The position numbers and the translations under genes were made by a program. Below are positions 36,501 through 46,287 of a stretch of DNA of 64,000 bases, piece after piece. Each line of letters begins with the position of its first letter. The first letter of the stretch is position 1. The DNA lies in the IMG/VR virus record IMGVR_UViG_3300032334_002567, positions 317,444-381,443 of that record; one strand, written 5' to 3'. The notes beneath the pieces were generated by a model. It saw only the letters and a program-made list of their open reading frames with translations, ran no database searches and had not been told where the DNA came from.

Positions 36501-39500
36501 GATTCGTTAAAGCAATAAAAGATTTTTCAAGCAAACTTGGAAACAAGCTGCCTCCTAGTCAAGCAGCCGGTATGGCAAAAGGAATAGCAGACATACTTTC
36601 TGGAGCCTCTGAAGTTACCAAACAAATAATGGAAACCAAAGATAAAATAATTGGAATAAAGTCTGCACGAGGATGGGGATTCTTTAGAAAAGATTATGTC
36701 GTATTAATGGAAACAGGCAGAAAAGCCTTAGTTGAACTTTCCAAGCCAATTATAAATTATATAGAATCTATTAGGGATTTTGCTTCACAAGTGGGTGCTA
36801 GATTAGATCCTAGACTAGCAGCGTCTATGGCCAGAGGAGTAGCTGATGTATTGACAGCTTCTGGCGACGTTACAGAAGGAATAATGAAGACCAAAGATAA
36901 ATTGGTTACCATTAAATCAAGCGAAGGATTCTGGTTATGGAGCACTAGCATAGCAGACTCCATGAAAGCAGGAGTTGTAGCTTTAAATACATTAAAACAG
37001 CCATTAATGTCGTACTTAGATACTATTGTTACTTTCTCAAATGAGCTCAAAGACAAGATCAACCCGACTGATGCTAAGAAGGCGGTAAAGTCAATAACAA
37101 GTGTTTCAGAAGTAATAGACATGATCAGCAAAGTCATGAATGATCTAGGTTCAAAAATTGCACCAATGACACAAGGAGGATGGTTTACCAGTTCTCCTGT
37201 AGAACAGATTAAAGAAGCAAAAACAAAAATGGATGCGTTTTTCCCTGTGCTTTCTAGCTTCATTACATCGATTGTTTCGCATGTAGATTCTTCTTTGGGT
37301 GAGTCCAAGAGTCTAAAGGGAACTGTTAAGTCCATGGGTCAAATATCAGAGCTTTTAAACAATATTAAGCCTGTAGTGGACACCATGATGTCTTCAATTG
37401 TTCCAATGACTCAAGGTGGGTTCTTTAAAGGTTCAGCAGTTGATAGCATCAAGGGTGCAATACCACAGTTAAATCAGTTTTTTGAATCAATATCAAGCTT
37501 TATATTAAACGGGTTAGTTAATCCAATTAAGAAGTCTGCGGAGAGCATTGATGACTTAAAGGAAACAGGCAAAAGAATTGTAGTTATTGCAGATGTTCTT
37601 AAAGGAACAAAAACTTCTATTGACTCTTTGTCGTCTATGATGACTTTGATGCAAGATGGAATATTTACAAATTCACCAATAAAAACAATATCCAATAATA
37701 TAACTGGTTTTTCTGATTATTTTAATGCTATATCAAATTTTGTAAGTAGTGGATTAATCGAACCAATAACAAAAATGGGAGAAGTAAGTGGACTTAGCAA
37801 AGCAAAAGGAATTCTAATAACTGTCGGCAATTTCCTATGTGCCACCAAATTAACTATAGAAAGCTTAGCTGGGGTTATTGGTTTGTTGGATTCAAAGTCA
37901 GTTTTTTCCTCTTCTCCAATTGACAATATAATTAATAATAAAGATAAATTTAGAAAACACTTTTTAGCGATAGCCGACCTTGTAAAGAATGGAATTGCAG
38001 AGCCTGTTGCTCTAATGGGCGGAGATGGAACTTCTTTAGGTAAAGCAGCAAAAGTTATAACAGCTATGGCCTCAATAGCTTGTAGGATTGTACCATTAAT
38101 AAAGAATTTAGCTACTGCTGTTTCAATGGCTACAGATAAGACAGAGTTTTTTAGTGTAGCACCCATGCAAAAAATAATTGATGCTAAAGGTCAATTTGCA
38201 GTATGGTTCCAGCAAATAGCAGCTTTTGTTAGAGACGGCATTGTTCTGCCTGTCAATAATGAGATGGAGGGGGTCAATATAGGTTCAGCTGCTAAGAATA
38301 TATCCTCCATGACCAGCATAGCTGGTTCTGTTATGCCCCTTATAAAGAATCTAGCCAATGTTATGGGCATGATGAGTGAAGATGCAGCAAAATCTTTAGA
38401 CACAGAATTTCCTATAGACAAAATTATATCCTATAAAGATAGCTTCGCCATATTTTTCAGACAAACAGCAGGATTCATTAGAGATGGAGTTATTGCTCCA
38501 ATTGTAGAAGAAATAAAAGATACACAGGAAATAACAAAAGCAAGTAGGATATTAAATCAATTAAGCTCTAATATTGTTACCATACCAAAAGTTATAAAAG
38601 GAGTTTCTGAGGGTTTAATTCCGCTGGTAGAAGTGAGGTCAGGTCTAGCTCCTATGGAAGTTATAGCTGACTCTGCAAAAGATTTTGAAAAATGGTTTAC
38701 AAAAGTAGCAGTCTTTATTAGAGATGGAGTAGTAACTCCAATCGTGAGAGAGTTTGAGGGAACACAAGATATTATTTTAGCCACAAGAATACTAAACAAT
38801 ATATCTTCAATGATCTCAGCTTTACCTAAGGTTATAACAAGTCTATCCAGTGTTTTTGTTGGACTAAACGCAAAAAGTTGCCTATCAGAATCTCCAATAG
38901 GTATGCTTGCAACTAATGCTGAGACTTTCAAAGCTTGGTTCAGAAGCGTCACTAGTTTAATACAAGAAGGTATAATTAAGCCATCTCTTGAAATAATGCC
39001 AGATAATTCTTTGCTTAAAGAAGTAAAGGTAAAATTAGCACTCAACGAGATAGCAATCAGAGCGGTAACCCCTTGGTTGAATTCTTTGAGTTCTAGCATC
39101 CAAGGATTATCTGGTGGTATTTTCTGGAGAATATTTACTGGAATTAAGGTTTCTAAGTTTAGTAAAAACTTCATGTATATGGCCAGCCTAATAAATGATG
39201 GCCTCATAAAACCAATAAAGAAGAATCTTGCTTCTTCTGCGGAATTAGAAGAAGTTACAAGTCAACTTGATGGTTTAGTTGATGTGGTAGACAGAGTTAC
39301 ATTTATACTAGGAATATTAGGAACAGCCTTTAACAATATAAGCCCAGTTAAAATAGATGTGGGCAAGATGTTCAGTGTAACTGGGAGCATACGTGCTTTT
39401 AAAGAAGCCATAAACGAAGAGGCTAAAGATAAATTAGCATTATCCAGACAAATGCAAGGAGAGCTACAAGAAGTATTCATGGCTCCAGAAAAAATGATGA

Positions 39501-42500
39501 GGCAAGTTAGTGAAAAAGCTGTTGGGGGGACTTTTGAAGCCAAAGCTGTAGAGCCAATTATATTCGGAGACGCAGAAGACATACAAGATTCTATAGGTGA
39601 TGCCAAATTAACAGCTCTCGCAAAACTTAGTGAGAAGCTCGGAAGATCACAATTATCTGGTGTTGAATATGAGGTAAAAGTAAGTAAAGATTTTGTAGAA
39701 GCAACAGCTAAATGGTCAAAAGAGAATGAAGATGCAGCTCTAGGTTTAAAGAAATCTATGGATGCACTTAAGGCAGGAGAAGGTGGAGCAGGAAGATCAA
39801 ATTTACCAATAGTGCCAGCACCGGCTGCAAGAATTGAACCTGCACAAGCGGCTACTAAGGCAGTTGAAATGGAGAAAGATGAAAAATTCCAGAGAGACAT
39901 GAAGATTTTTGGAAAAGGCAAAGCCACAGAGAAGTACTATCGTAGAAAATCGCTTGAAGAGGCTGTTACAAAGAATAACCCCACAGTTCAGCAAGACAGA
40001 AAACAAGAAACGGCACAATCAGCAGCTAATGCTGGAGTCAAAGCATATGGCGAGAAAAGCAAGCCGCTGACTGTTGAGTATAAAGTAGATATACTATTCA
40101 TGCATGATAGTGCTAACATAAGAGAATCTTTAGAAGAGGCTGCTACAGAAGCTAAAGCCATGATAGCAGAAAGACTAGGAGTAAAAGAAGTACTAGGATC
40201 ACAAGTTAAAATAGAATACTCTATAGACAAGAAAACAGAACAAGCAATAGCAACGGCCACATATACACCCGACAATAAGTTCTCTGAATTTCTTACAGAA
40301 CAAAACAGAAGAGTAGCTGGTGTTCCTGCTTCGACAAATATAATACCTACCAATTCTGGGAGGACTAAAAATTCTGGTATTGGGGACGCCGTTATAGAAA
40401 AGGGTATGCTAGAAGCTTCTGCGAGAGAAGCAATTATAGGAAAGACAGAAATAGCCATAGAAGTTGCAGAAAGAAAGGCAGAAGACAAAGCTAGAAAAGC
40501 CTTAGGTGCAATGATGGCCAAATCAGGAATTAAAGATTTTATTGGCATTGAAGTAGATTCAGAAATAGAAGGTAATATTGTCAAGGCTACAGCACGTTGG
40601 TCTGAAGAAGCTCAAAAAGAGGCAAAGGGACTAAGAGAAAGCTTTGAAACTTTAGGTGCAAGCAAGGGAGGGTTAGGAAGAGCAGGTATGCTGCAGGCAC
40701 AGGAACCAGCTCAAGCAGCAACACAAGCATCAACACAAGCAGCAACACAAGCAACAAAGACATCGACGGCTGCATTCGATCAATTCGATATTATAGAACA
40801 GCGACAAATAGAAGCAGAAAATCGTCTTCTAGACGCTGCTGCAAAGCAAGGGGTGAGTGGACCTTTACTTAGTGGTATAACTTCGGGTAAAAGTATAGCT
40901 GTAAGCACTGGTATTACCGGAGTTCAGGATGCAACAAAGGCAATAAAAGCTCAACAAGCTCAACAAGCTACAAAAAAAGAACCAGCTCAAGCAGCAACTA
41001 TAGCTACAAAAAATAGTCCCGTTGTTCAACAGGCACAAAAAATGGAGCCAGCACAAGCCGCAGTAGACGCTGGCGTTAGATCAGCTAGCGAGAAAAGCAA
41101 GCCACTGACTGTTGAGTATAAAGTAGATATACTATTCATGCATGATAGTGCTAATATAAGAGAGTCTTTAGAAGAAGCCGCCACAGAGGCTAAAGCTATG
41201 ATCGCAGAAAGACTAGGAGTAAAAGAAGTACTAGGATCACAAGTTAAAATAGAATACTCTATAGACAAGGAAACAGAACAGGCAATAGCAAAAGCCACGT
41301 ATACACCCGACAATAAGTTCTCTGAATTTCTTACAGAACGAAACAGAAGAGCAGCTGGTGTTCCTACTTCGCCAAATACAGTGCCAGCCAAGTCTGGGGC
41401 GGCTAAGACATACACTTTTGGAGACGCAGGTATCGAGAAAGGTATGCTAGAGGCTTCTGCTAGAGAAGCAATTATAGGAAAAACAGAAATAGCCATAGAA
41501 GTTGCAGAAAGAAAGGCAGAGATAAAAGCCAGAGAAGCCTTGGGTGTAATGATGGCTAAATCAGGAATTAAAGATTTCATTGGAATAGAAGTAGATTCAG
41601 AAATAGAAGGTAACATTGTCAAGGCTACAGCACGTTGGTCTGAAGAAGCTCAAAAAGAGGCAAAGGGACTAAGAGAAAGCTTTGAAACTTTAGGGGCTAG
41701 CAAGGGAGGTCTAGGTAGAGGTGGTATGCAGATACAAATGCAAGAACCAGCACAAACAGCAACAGCTGCTACGCAGTCAAATCCTGTTGTTCAGCAAGCT
41801 ACAAAACCAGAACCAGCACAAGCAGCAACTAAGGCAGTTGAAATGGAAAAGGATGAAAAATTCCAGAGAGACATGAGAGTTTTTGGAAGAGGAAAAGCAA
41901 CAGATAAATACTATCGTAGAAAATCGCTTGAAGAGGCTGTTGCAAAGAGCAATCCTACAGTCCAGCAAGCTACAAGAACAGAACCAGCACAAGCAGCAAC
42001 CGCTTCTACAAATTCAAATCCTGTTGTTCAGCAAGCTACAAGAACAGAACCAGCACAAGCAGCAACTCAAATAGCACAGCCTATGGCTCAACCGCAAAGT
42101 TTACCAGCACAAGAAAGATTTTTAATTACCAAAGATGTAAAAACTAATAAAGATTCTATTGAAGTGGTTCTAAGAAAAGAACTAAAACTTTTAGATGATG
42201 AAGAATTAGAAGAAGAAATATTAACAACTAAAGTATTTGAAATATTAAAGAAAAAAGGTATAAGTCCATCAGGAGTAAACCTTGATACCAGTTTAAAACA
42301 AGGAATTTTAGAAGTTAAAGCCACAACAAGCCCAGAAGATCTTAGTTTTTCTGAAGGCCTTAGCAAGGAATTTTCAAGGATTAATGCTGGCGGTGGTGGC
42401 GTGGGAAGATCAGCAATCCAACCAACAATAGCACAAGAACAAATGCAAGCTGCAAATCAGGTTGTTGCAGAGGCTACAGCAAGAATGACAAATAAGTCAG

Positions 42501-43795
42501 AGTCCTCATTTAATGCTGCTGAAAAGATGGCTATTTTAGATCTTAAGGGAACTTTATTAGAAAGAAACATACCACAATCTAGTGTTGATATAGAAACTGC
42601 AATAGAAGGTAAATTTGTAAAAGCAGTGGCAAAGTTAAAACAAAATGAAATAGAACCGGCACAAGCAGCCACACAAGTAGCACAAGTTCAATCTGGCAAT
42701 AAACGGGGAAGTTTCTTAGAGGCCTCAGGACAGGCTCTGACTATAGGTAGGACAGAAGAAGACTGGGATTTAGCCGAAGATAAGGCTACTGATGCTGCGA
42801 TGGGTGCACTTAAACAAATGATGATCAAGTCTGGATTTGGGGAAAGAGAAATTAGTGGCATAGAGGTTGAATCACAAGTAGATGAAAAAACAGGAATAGT
42901 AAAAGCAGTAGCAAGGTGGTCTGATGAAGTTCAAAAAAGTGCACAAGCCCAAGGAGCATCTTACGAGGCACTAGGAGCAGGTAAGGGAGGGCTAGGCAGA
43001 GGTGGCATCCAAGTACAGGAACCAGCACAGGCAGCAACTACTGCTACCCTTGCCGATATATCTGGTTATTTTTCTTCTACAGGCACAAAACCAGAACCAG
43101 CACAGGCTGTAACTCAAATTGCTACAGAAGCTAGAATAAAAGGCAGGACAGAGGCCGCAATCGGTGCTGCTGAGAAGGTGGCTATTTTAGATCTCAAGGG
43201 TATTCTCTTAGAAAGAAACATGCCACAATCTAGTGTTGATATAGACACTAAAGTAGAAGCAACGCTTGTAAGAGCAATAGCAAAATTCAAACAAAATGAT
43301 GTAGAACCAGCACAGGCAGCAACTCAAAAAGCAGCTAATGCAGCAGTCCCAAGTGCAAATGGTAACATAGAAAGTGTAGTGCCTAACACAGATGTAGACA
43401 CTTCTAAAGCTCTGCCATCGACAGCAACACCAGTGCCTGTCAGCACAATATCTCCAAGTGCATCTATTGCTAGTATAGAGCAAAAAATGCTACAAGACAA
43501 AGCGGCAGCTTCACCAGCAAAAGCAGAAATAACATCTCCAGAACTAGGAAATATAGTTTCAGAAAATGAAGAACAAACAATTATATTGTCAGAAATGAGA
43601 GATTTGTTTGAGAAGTTCTTGGCTGCGATTAAGCCAAGATCAGATATAAATTCTTCTGGCGGCGGTGAGCCAGGAAATACATCTTCTATTCCAATAGCTG
43701 GTAAGCCTGCTAACTATTATAGAAGAGTCACAGGTAATGTATCACAGACTCCAGGCAAGGGAGTTGTCAATTTAGGAGCAAAGGCACTAAGTTAA
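30581..43795 (+). CDS. Tape measure protein (4404 aa) with repetitive C-terminal region
   Basis: Long Ala-rich amphipathic/hydrophobic helical repeats; directly upstream of baseplate genes. Confidence 0.8.
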   Translation: MPELYDNLGRKIDAAKMSIGELKGLVGTLMKSKVGPAKPIGGQEEEAKTQDSNLELIKLFEDYVKGFNEEVDEQKSLLQNIVDALKNINSKKEEKANQPKDNKEEKDEIKETFPEKLRKALTGKNKPSKEEHTTAKATNSLANLFGKKGSGYTHDIHCEAWLRQIYQVLAKDREGVATPEAAARQVEEDVTRVTAREPAETAAREASEAATTGGGETIRARDWLDAEEYYQELNGLENDYYQHTVDSIFGLWNKEKDLYERITGLEKEKNAIHRAYLKEGISKEEKERLALAYRQMGIEISNQKIIKRNLKEQENAWKEIGKQIETAEKYLLGFKGGGAFEVLTKGIIKEEREFTQNIRQAAYETAGVTSESKALQKTYEEIGKTSKLTGMNRSETQKAYTKALRSGVKDQKKALSLSVSQLNTEKQIGATADSLGEFFIEMGTQLQFNNDQMSEVGRGIREAGRNTGLVGDKLAGVVRGSAEFVKMMKNAGTASASAVSNIVGLQAEFTKTGVEGGKLLKGLSSTSGFLGSDAQTLALIANAANRVGLTQEMINGTILKSSASIKKFNRGLTQTVNDMGLGGRNAEEMRANFDKLSDEGRRDINLRLNAAFGMEAGELMLAIEGIENQSKSLSDRLGELNKKKSQNLTLEEKATLLEEERSLKLGAATKALTAISEAAKGTKDMNEALAKFSSRRSEFEGDMKALGQSWTTETDVARGAIKSALENVNAGLKKAGKKELKIDSSEIEKAIKDPAAFRELTSQITKGEQELATAQKAQLDPLSAIEQKLTEINDSVRNLSQSLISGIFNSFLGKMLVGITALGALIVGAIGGLNSIIMPIWNLMTLLGRSLSGMGQRTSQDRMGSLGKVWDRLTGRDTTPTPERLTEAEVTATGKDKTITKTGCCEDLVSINKAMLDVLNAIKDCVCGKQPEASTQASQTKQELREAELTPKSVVSPDQVAAGKAGEVAKKEVGTDLASKSVVSQPPQTTPEKIEEAVKKESRKPKLSPEEIATRKAAGQAAKERSQTAGISPSVAKSIKRQEVKNIKMDASLNKMQRRNIIQELQNGKKTKTMILREQEAAKGPKPLEVPQPPDTGNFDLNKLIASGQDMAKSAAAVALLGLGVVALGAAIVFLSKKILSGFNLDTSTILQTAGAIAALAVAGGAIAAAGIVAYEALNKKENKEFVDTAPKSKTEMLKQIAAMMLLGPALVLLGAAIVKMSQMVIDAFGLDLNTVAMVAGTVAAIVAAAGALTLGASEALEGFEKLEGNKLIKNPGKLVSAMAKGALALLIVGPGLVALSAAIIKMCQGILSYAEIDLNTIKTVTGQVAALLAGTGAIALGITAAAGGLILLGKFADFAKSYAKDMIIGAAALILIGPAVVALAAGLNYIINQILSATGVDAAKAAKTAWNVAGLIAATAVIALAVMGAMAGLTALGALATAMTGPQIGFMLYGAAALLLLAPLVTGLAAAVLYLTKSFMGGFDAKQATKVAYDLSAVLMSASVIAIAVMAAMAGLGGLGVLAAGLPAYIPAMLGGAAALMLLTPVMTALATSVIGMTESIMDGIDAKHAAKVAYDLGSIIMSAGSIALGIMGAMAALTGLGLLAGAYIGFIGPMIGGALALSVMTPAVVTLAGSIISMSESLMKNMVSPDAAKKTVESLNSILDSAGNIAVSIIANAASLALLGTMFGVSLVAIPFMKLGTMALSNLTPSIANFVNTIVNMAKQFSTLVSPKEAVSLSKDVAAIMGAVGDISEQIFKIKDKMLSVPVYGSVWNAIRGVKVADYMNSGVKALKELAAPVQDYVAAIKDFALNVGRTVNPRNAAEMARGVAAILCAVSNVTSNMMTAKDGILSIPKNGGIFATLTRTRISDYLNAGVGSLQEMAAPIKRYVAAVKKFASEIGFDPRQAAEMASGVAAILCAVGKVTSNIMTAKDGIMSIPDNGGIFAWMLGAQLSQRMNKGVEALKVLGKPIQRFVKAIKDFSSKLGNKLPPSQAAGMAKGIADILSGASEVTKQIMETKDKIIGIKSARGWGFFRKDYVVLMETGRKALVELSKPIINYIESIRDFASQVGARLDPRLAASMARGVADVLTASGDVTEGIMKTKDKLVTIKSSEGFWLWSTSIADSMKAGVVALNTLKQPLMSYLDTIVTFSNELKDKINPTDAKKAVKSITSVSEVIDMISKVMNDLGSKIAPMTQGGWFTSSPVEQIKEAKTKMDAFFPVLSSFITSIVSHVDSSLGESKSLKGTVKSMGQISELLNNIKPVVDTMMSSIVPMTQGGFFKGSAVDSIKGAIPQLNQFFESISSFILNGLVNPIKKSAESIDDLKETGKRIVVIADVLKGTKTSIDSLSSMMTLMQDGIFTNSPIKTISNNITGFSDYFNAISNFVSSGLIEPITKMGEVSGLSKAKGILITVGNFLCATKLTIESLAGVIGLLDSKSVFSSSPIDNIINNKDKFRKHFLAIADLVKNGIAEPVALMGGDGTSLGKAAKVITAMASIACRIVPLIKNLATAVSMATDKTEFFSVAPMQKIIDAKGQFAVWFQQIAAFVRDGIVLPVNNEMEGVNIGSAAKNISSMTSIAGSVMPLIKNLANVMGMMSEDAAKSLDTEFPIDKIISYKDSFAIFFRQTAGFIRDGVIAPIVEEIKDTQEITKASRILNQLSSNIVTIPKVIKGVSEGLIPLVEVRSGLAPMEVIADSAKDFEKWFTKVAVFIRDGVVTPIVREFEGTQDIILATRILNNISSMISALPKVITSLSSVFVGLNAKSCLSESPIGMLATNAETFKAWFRSVTSLIQEGIIKPSLEIMPDNSLLKEVKVKLALNEIAIRAVTPWLNSLSSSIQGLSGGIFWRIFTGIKVSKFSKNFMYMASLINDGLIKPIKKNLASSAELEEVTSQLDGLVDVVDRVTFILGILGTAFNNISPVKIDVGKMFSVTGSIRAFKEAINEEAKDKLALSRQMQGELQEVFMAPEKMMRQVSEKAVGGTFEAKAVEPIIFGDAEDIQDSIGDAKLTALAKLSEKLGRSQLSGVEYEVKVSKDFVEATAKWSKENEDAALGLKKSMDALKAGEGGAGRSNLPIVPAPAARIEPAQAATKAVEMEKDEKFQRDMKIFGKGKATEKYYRRKSLEEAVTKNNPTVQQDRKQETAQSAANAGVKAYGEKSKPLTVEYKVDILFMHDSANIRESLEEAATEAKAMIAERLGVKEVLGSQVKIEYSIDKKTEQAIATATYTPDNKFSEFLTEQNRRVAGVPASTNIIPTNSGRTKNSGIGDAVIEKGMLEASAREAIIGKTEIAIEVAERKAEDKARKALGAMMAKSGIKDFIGIEVDSEIEGNIVKATARWSEEAQKEAKGLRESFETLGASKGGLGRAGMLQAQEPAQAATQASTQAATQATKTSTAAFDQFDIIEQRQIEAENRLLDAAAKQGVSGPLLSGITSGKSIAVSTGITGVQDATKAIKAQQAQQATKKEPAQAATIATKNSPVVQQAQKMEPAQAAVDAGVRSASEKSKPLTVEYKVDILFMHDSANIRESLEEAATEAKAMIAERLGVKEVLGSQVKIEYSIDKETEQAIAKATYTPDNKFSEFLTERNRRAAGVPTSPNTVPAKSGAAKTYTFGDAGIEKGMLEASAREAIIGKTEIAIEVAERKAEIKAREALGVMMAKSGIKDFIGIEVDSEIEGNIVKATARWSEEAQKEAKGLRESFETLGASKGGLGRGGMQIQMQEPAQTATAATQSNPVVQQATKPEPAQAATKAVEMEKDEKFQRDMRVFGRGKATDKYYRRKSLEEAVAKSNPTVQQATRTEPAQAATASTNSNPVVQQATRTEPAQAATQIAQPMAQPQSLPAQERFLITKDVKTNKDSIEVVLRKELKLLDDEELEEEILTTKVFEILKKKGISPSGVNLDTSLKQGILEVKATTSPEDLSFSEGLSKEFSRINAGGGGVGRSAIQPTIAQEQMQAANQVVAEATARMTNKSESSFNAAEKMAILDLKGTLLERNIPQSSVDIETAIEGKFVKAVAKLKQNEIEPAQAATQVAQVQSGNKRGSFLEASGQALTIGRTEEDWDLAEDKATDAAMGALKQMMIKSGFGEREISGIEVESQVDEKTGIVKAVARWSDEVQKSAQAQGASYEALGAGKGGLGRGGIQVQEPAQAATTATLADISGYFSSTGTKPEPAQAVTQIATEARIKGRTEAAIGAAEKVAILDLKGILLERNMPQSSVDIDTKVEATLVRAIAKFKQNDVEPAQAATQKAANAAVPSANGNIESVVPNTDVDTSKALPSTATPVPVSTISPSASIASIEQKMLQDKAAASPAKAEITSPELGNIVSENEEQTIILSEMRDLFEKFLAAIKPRSDINSSGGGEPGNTSSIPIAGKPANYYRRVTGNVSQTPGKGVVNLGAKALS
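40050..41720 (+). repeat. Intragenic duplication (~40050-40680 vs ~41090-41720)
   Basis: Near-identical KSKPLTVEYKVDILFMHDSANIRE...ASKGGLGR blocks offset by 1038 nt. Confidence 0.9.
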
Positions 43796-43812
43796 AATAG
43801 ATAGGAGAAATA

Positions 43813-44424
43813 ATGGCAAAAGCTACAATTAACGGAGGTCAATACTCTGGAACATTAAATAGGATACCGGACTGCTACATTGCAGTGGGAGGAAGCCCCG
43901 GTATTCTACCTGACGGTACTAGGGTAGAAGGTGGGCTAAAATACATAGATATGTATATTTTACCGGATGTATCTGATTCTAAGTCCGCAAATTATGCCCC
44001 AGAAAATGGAATAGGAAGATCTAATCCTTTTACAATATTTTCTTATTCAGAACTTAGAACAATATCTTGGACTTGTCACTTCATAGTTCAGACTTTAAAA
44101 GGACCAAATTCAGCAGACAATATTCTAGACAATATAAGAACTCTACAATCTGCGGTTTATCCTAGAGACAGCTTTGGATCTCCTCCTCCTTTGTGCAAGC
44201 TTAAATGTGGCGACTTATTAGCGTCAAATGACACTGAAATTTGTGCTGTGCTCAGGTCTTACTCGGTAAAGTACGACACATCAGTTCCTTGGTTTAGTTC
44301 TGATTCGGGCACCCTACCTAACAGACTAGTTCCTTATAAAATAGATGTAGACTTACAATTTGATGTGGTCTACAACCAAACTTCACTACCAACTTCTAGT
44401 ATAATTTTGACAACAGGTTATTAA
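43813..44424 (+). CDS. Tail tube initiator/baseplate tube-like protein
   Basis: IGRSNP, RTISW, LQSAVYP, PPLCKL..G pattern; position after the TMP. Confidence 0.6.
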   Translation: MAKATINGGQYSGTLNRIPDCYIAVGGSPGILPDGTRVEGGLKYIDMYILPDVSDSKSANYAPENGIGRSNPFTIFSYSELRTISWTCHFIVQTLKGPNSADNILDNIRTLQSAVYPRDSFGSPPPLCKLKCGDLLASNDTEICAVLRSYSVKYDTSVPWFSSDSGTLPNRLVPYKIDVDLQFDVVYNQTSLPTSSIILTTGY

Positions 44425-44425
44425 A

Positions 44426-44761
44426 ATGGCAAATTACATAGAAAAAACAAATATAGATCCAAAAAGATTTGTTACACCAAGTAGTAGGTATGCTGGTTCT
44501 GCCATAGTGTACTACACAGAAAACAAATTATTAACGTTTGAAACTTATAAAAAAAGTAAAAAAACTATTGATAATACTAGTAAAAACAACAAATATTATG
44601 TTATCACTCCTGGCACTGAGTATAGACCTGACTTGGTTGCAGCTGAGGCTTATGGCAGCACTGATTTTTGGTGGAAAATCATGGAAGCCAATAACATAAA
44701 AGATGTTTTTAATTTCAAAGCTGGTTTAAACATCATTATACCAAATGTTATATTAAGGTAA
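44426..44761 (+). CDS. Baseplate wedge LysM-like protein (gp53-like)
   Basis: EYRPDLVA..AYG..DFWWKIMEANNI. Confidence 0.8.
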   Translation: MANYIEKTNIDPKRFVTPSSRYAGSAIVYYTENKLLTFETYKKSKKTIDNTSKNNKYYVITPGTEYRPDLVAAEAYGSTDFWWKIMEANNIKDVFNFKAGLNIIIPNVILR

Positions 44762-44763
44762 TT

Positions 44764-46275
44764 ATGGCCATAGAATTAGAATGTTTATCAACTTATGGTT
44801 GTGCAAATGAAGAAGGAGAAGTATCAGTAAAGGGAGCTCCCTATGAAGCAGTTTATACCCCGTATTGTGCTTTATGGGTTGCTGGAAAAGAGATTGTACT
44901 TCAAACTGGGAATGAATCTGCTCCTGGTACAAACCATCATACATTAATAAAGTCTTTTGAGTATGGATGTCAATCTGGCACTGGCGGGTGCGGGGTTAAG
45001 TTTGAAATAATTGATGAAGGCGGTGTTTTATATCAGCAATTAGTTCAAGGTTTAAATAAGGATATAAGTTTCACGCTAAGTGCTGTGACGGGAGTTAATA
45101 GTTGTGAAGTTGAATTTGGATGGATAGTTGTTGGTTGTAATGGTGAGTGGAGAAAAATTACAAACAAGGAGCTCGGAAGTCCTCTGTTTTTTTTACCTAA
45201 AAATGTAGAAACTACATTTGAGGGCGGATTAATTAAGTTTACATTTGAAGCAACAGATATATTTACTAGATCTTCAGACACTAGATTAGACAAAAATATA
45301 GGAACAGAAGATGATAAAGTTCATCTTAAAGAAGCCCTTCAAAGGCTATTTAGAAACAAAGACCCACAGTTTGAACAAGTAATATTTGAAAATCAATATG
45401 GCGACTCAGGAGATGGTGATTTTGAATTTGAAGAAGATCCCGATGGACCGAGAGGGGTATGGACTACAGACCAAGAGAGTCAAATAGAATGTGCAAGAAA
45501 GTGGCTTAACAAGGTTAGAACTGTAGAAAAAAATGGATGTTTAGCAATGTATGATCCTAAAAGAAAAGCAGCTGTAATAAAGGAAAGGCCAGAAGACAAA
45601 GGAGACTGCTGTGACAACAACAATCTAGGAACTTATATAGTTAACGGAGGAAATAGTTCTCCTGTAATTAGTTTTAACCCGAACTTTAAATGGAATTTAG
45701 GATCCAATGCTTCAAGTGGTGGTACTTCTGGTGCCGGTTCTTCAGCAAGGCAGGATGTAAAAGCTGTAGAAGAAGAAGGAATTCAGAATACTGGTACTGA
45801 GACTTCTCCTACTAATGAACAATGTAAGTATCAATGGCAAGATCCAGGAGAACACACTGAGAGAACAGAAAAAACTTTTCAGGCAAATATGGAAGCCGCA
45901 AAACCTTTTGAGGTTTTACCTGCTATTGAAGCAGAATTAAGAATAATAGGTGATCCCACTCTTAACAACCCTGTTTTTCTAACAGGAAAATGGATTTCTA
46001 TTGTAGTTATAGATCCTTATTATATTGCTGGGGGTGAGTCGGACAACACCTCTTGTGAATGGATAAGCAAACCAAATTGCAACCCTATTTTAAGCAACAA
46101 AAAATGGATGATTTTAGGAGCAAACCATCAAATTCAATCTGGTTCTTATGTAACTACATTAAAAGTATCTTTAAACACTCCAAATATTAATATATCTGCG
46201 AGTGAAACTTTAGGCGGAGATGGATGTGGCACAGAGCAGGCTCAAGAAGCAACTGGCGGGGAACCTTTGGAGTAA
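44764..46275 (+). CDS. Baseplate hub protein (gp27-like)
   Basis: Synteny; AELRIIGDP and H.I..G.Y.TTL C-terminal pattern. Confidence 0.55.
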   Translation: MAIELECLSTYGCANEEGEVSVKGAPYEAVYTPYCALWVAGKEIVLQTGNESAPGTNHHTLIKSFEYGCQSGTGGCGVKFEIIDEGGVLYQQLVQGLNKDISFTLSAVTGVNSCEVEFGWIVVGCNGEWRKITNKELGSPLFFLPKNVETTFEGGLIKFTFEATDIFTRSSDTRLDKNIGTEDDKVHLKEALQRLFRNKDPQFEQVIFENQYGDSGDGDFEFEEDPDGPRGVWTTDQESQIECARKWLNKVRTVEKNGCLAMYDPKRKAAVIKERPEDKGDCCDNNNLGTYIVNGGNSSPVISFNPNFKWNLGSNASSGGTSGAGSSARQDVKAVEEEGIQNTGTETSPTNEQCKYQWQDPGEHTERTEKTFQANMEAAKPFEVLPAIEAELRIIGDPTLNNPVFLTGKWISIVVIDPYYIAGGESDNTSCEWISKPNCNPILSNKKWMILGANHQIQSGSYVTTLKVSLNTPNINISASETLGGDGCGTEQAQEATGGEPLE

Positions 46276-46287
46276 TAAAGAGGATTT

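Noticed and set aside
40050-41720. Diversity-generating retroelement TR/VR pair
   Set aside because: Both copies are in frame within one gene, the differences are not adenine-specific, and no reverse transcriptase is seen.
31333-43483. Many antisense ORFs within the tape measure gene
   Set aside because: Expected stop-poor shadows of a long Ala/Ile-rich gene.
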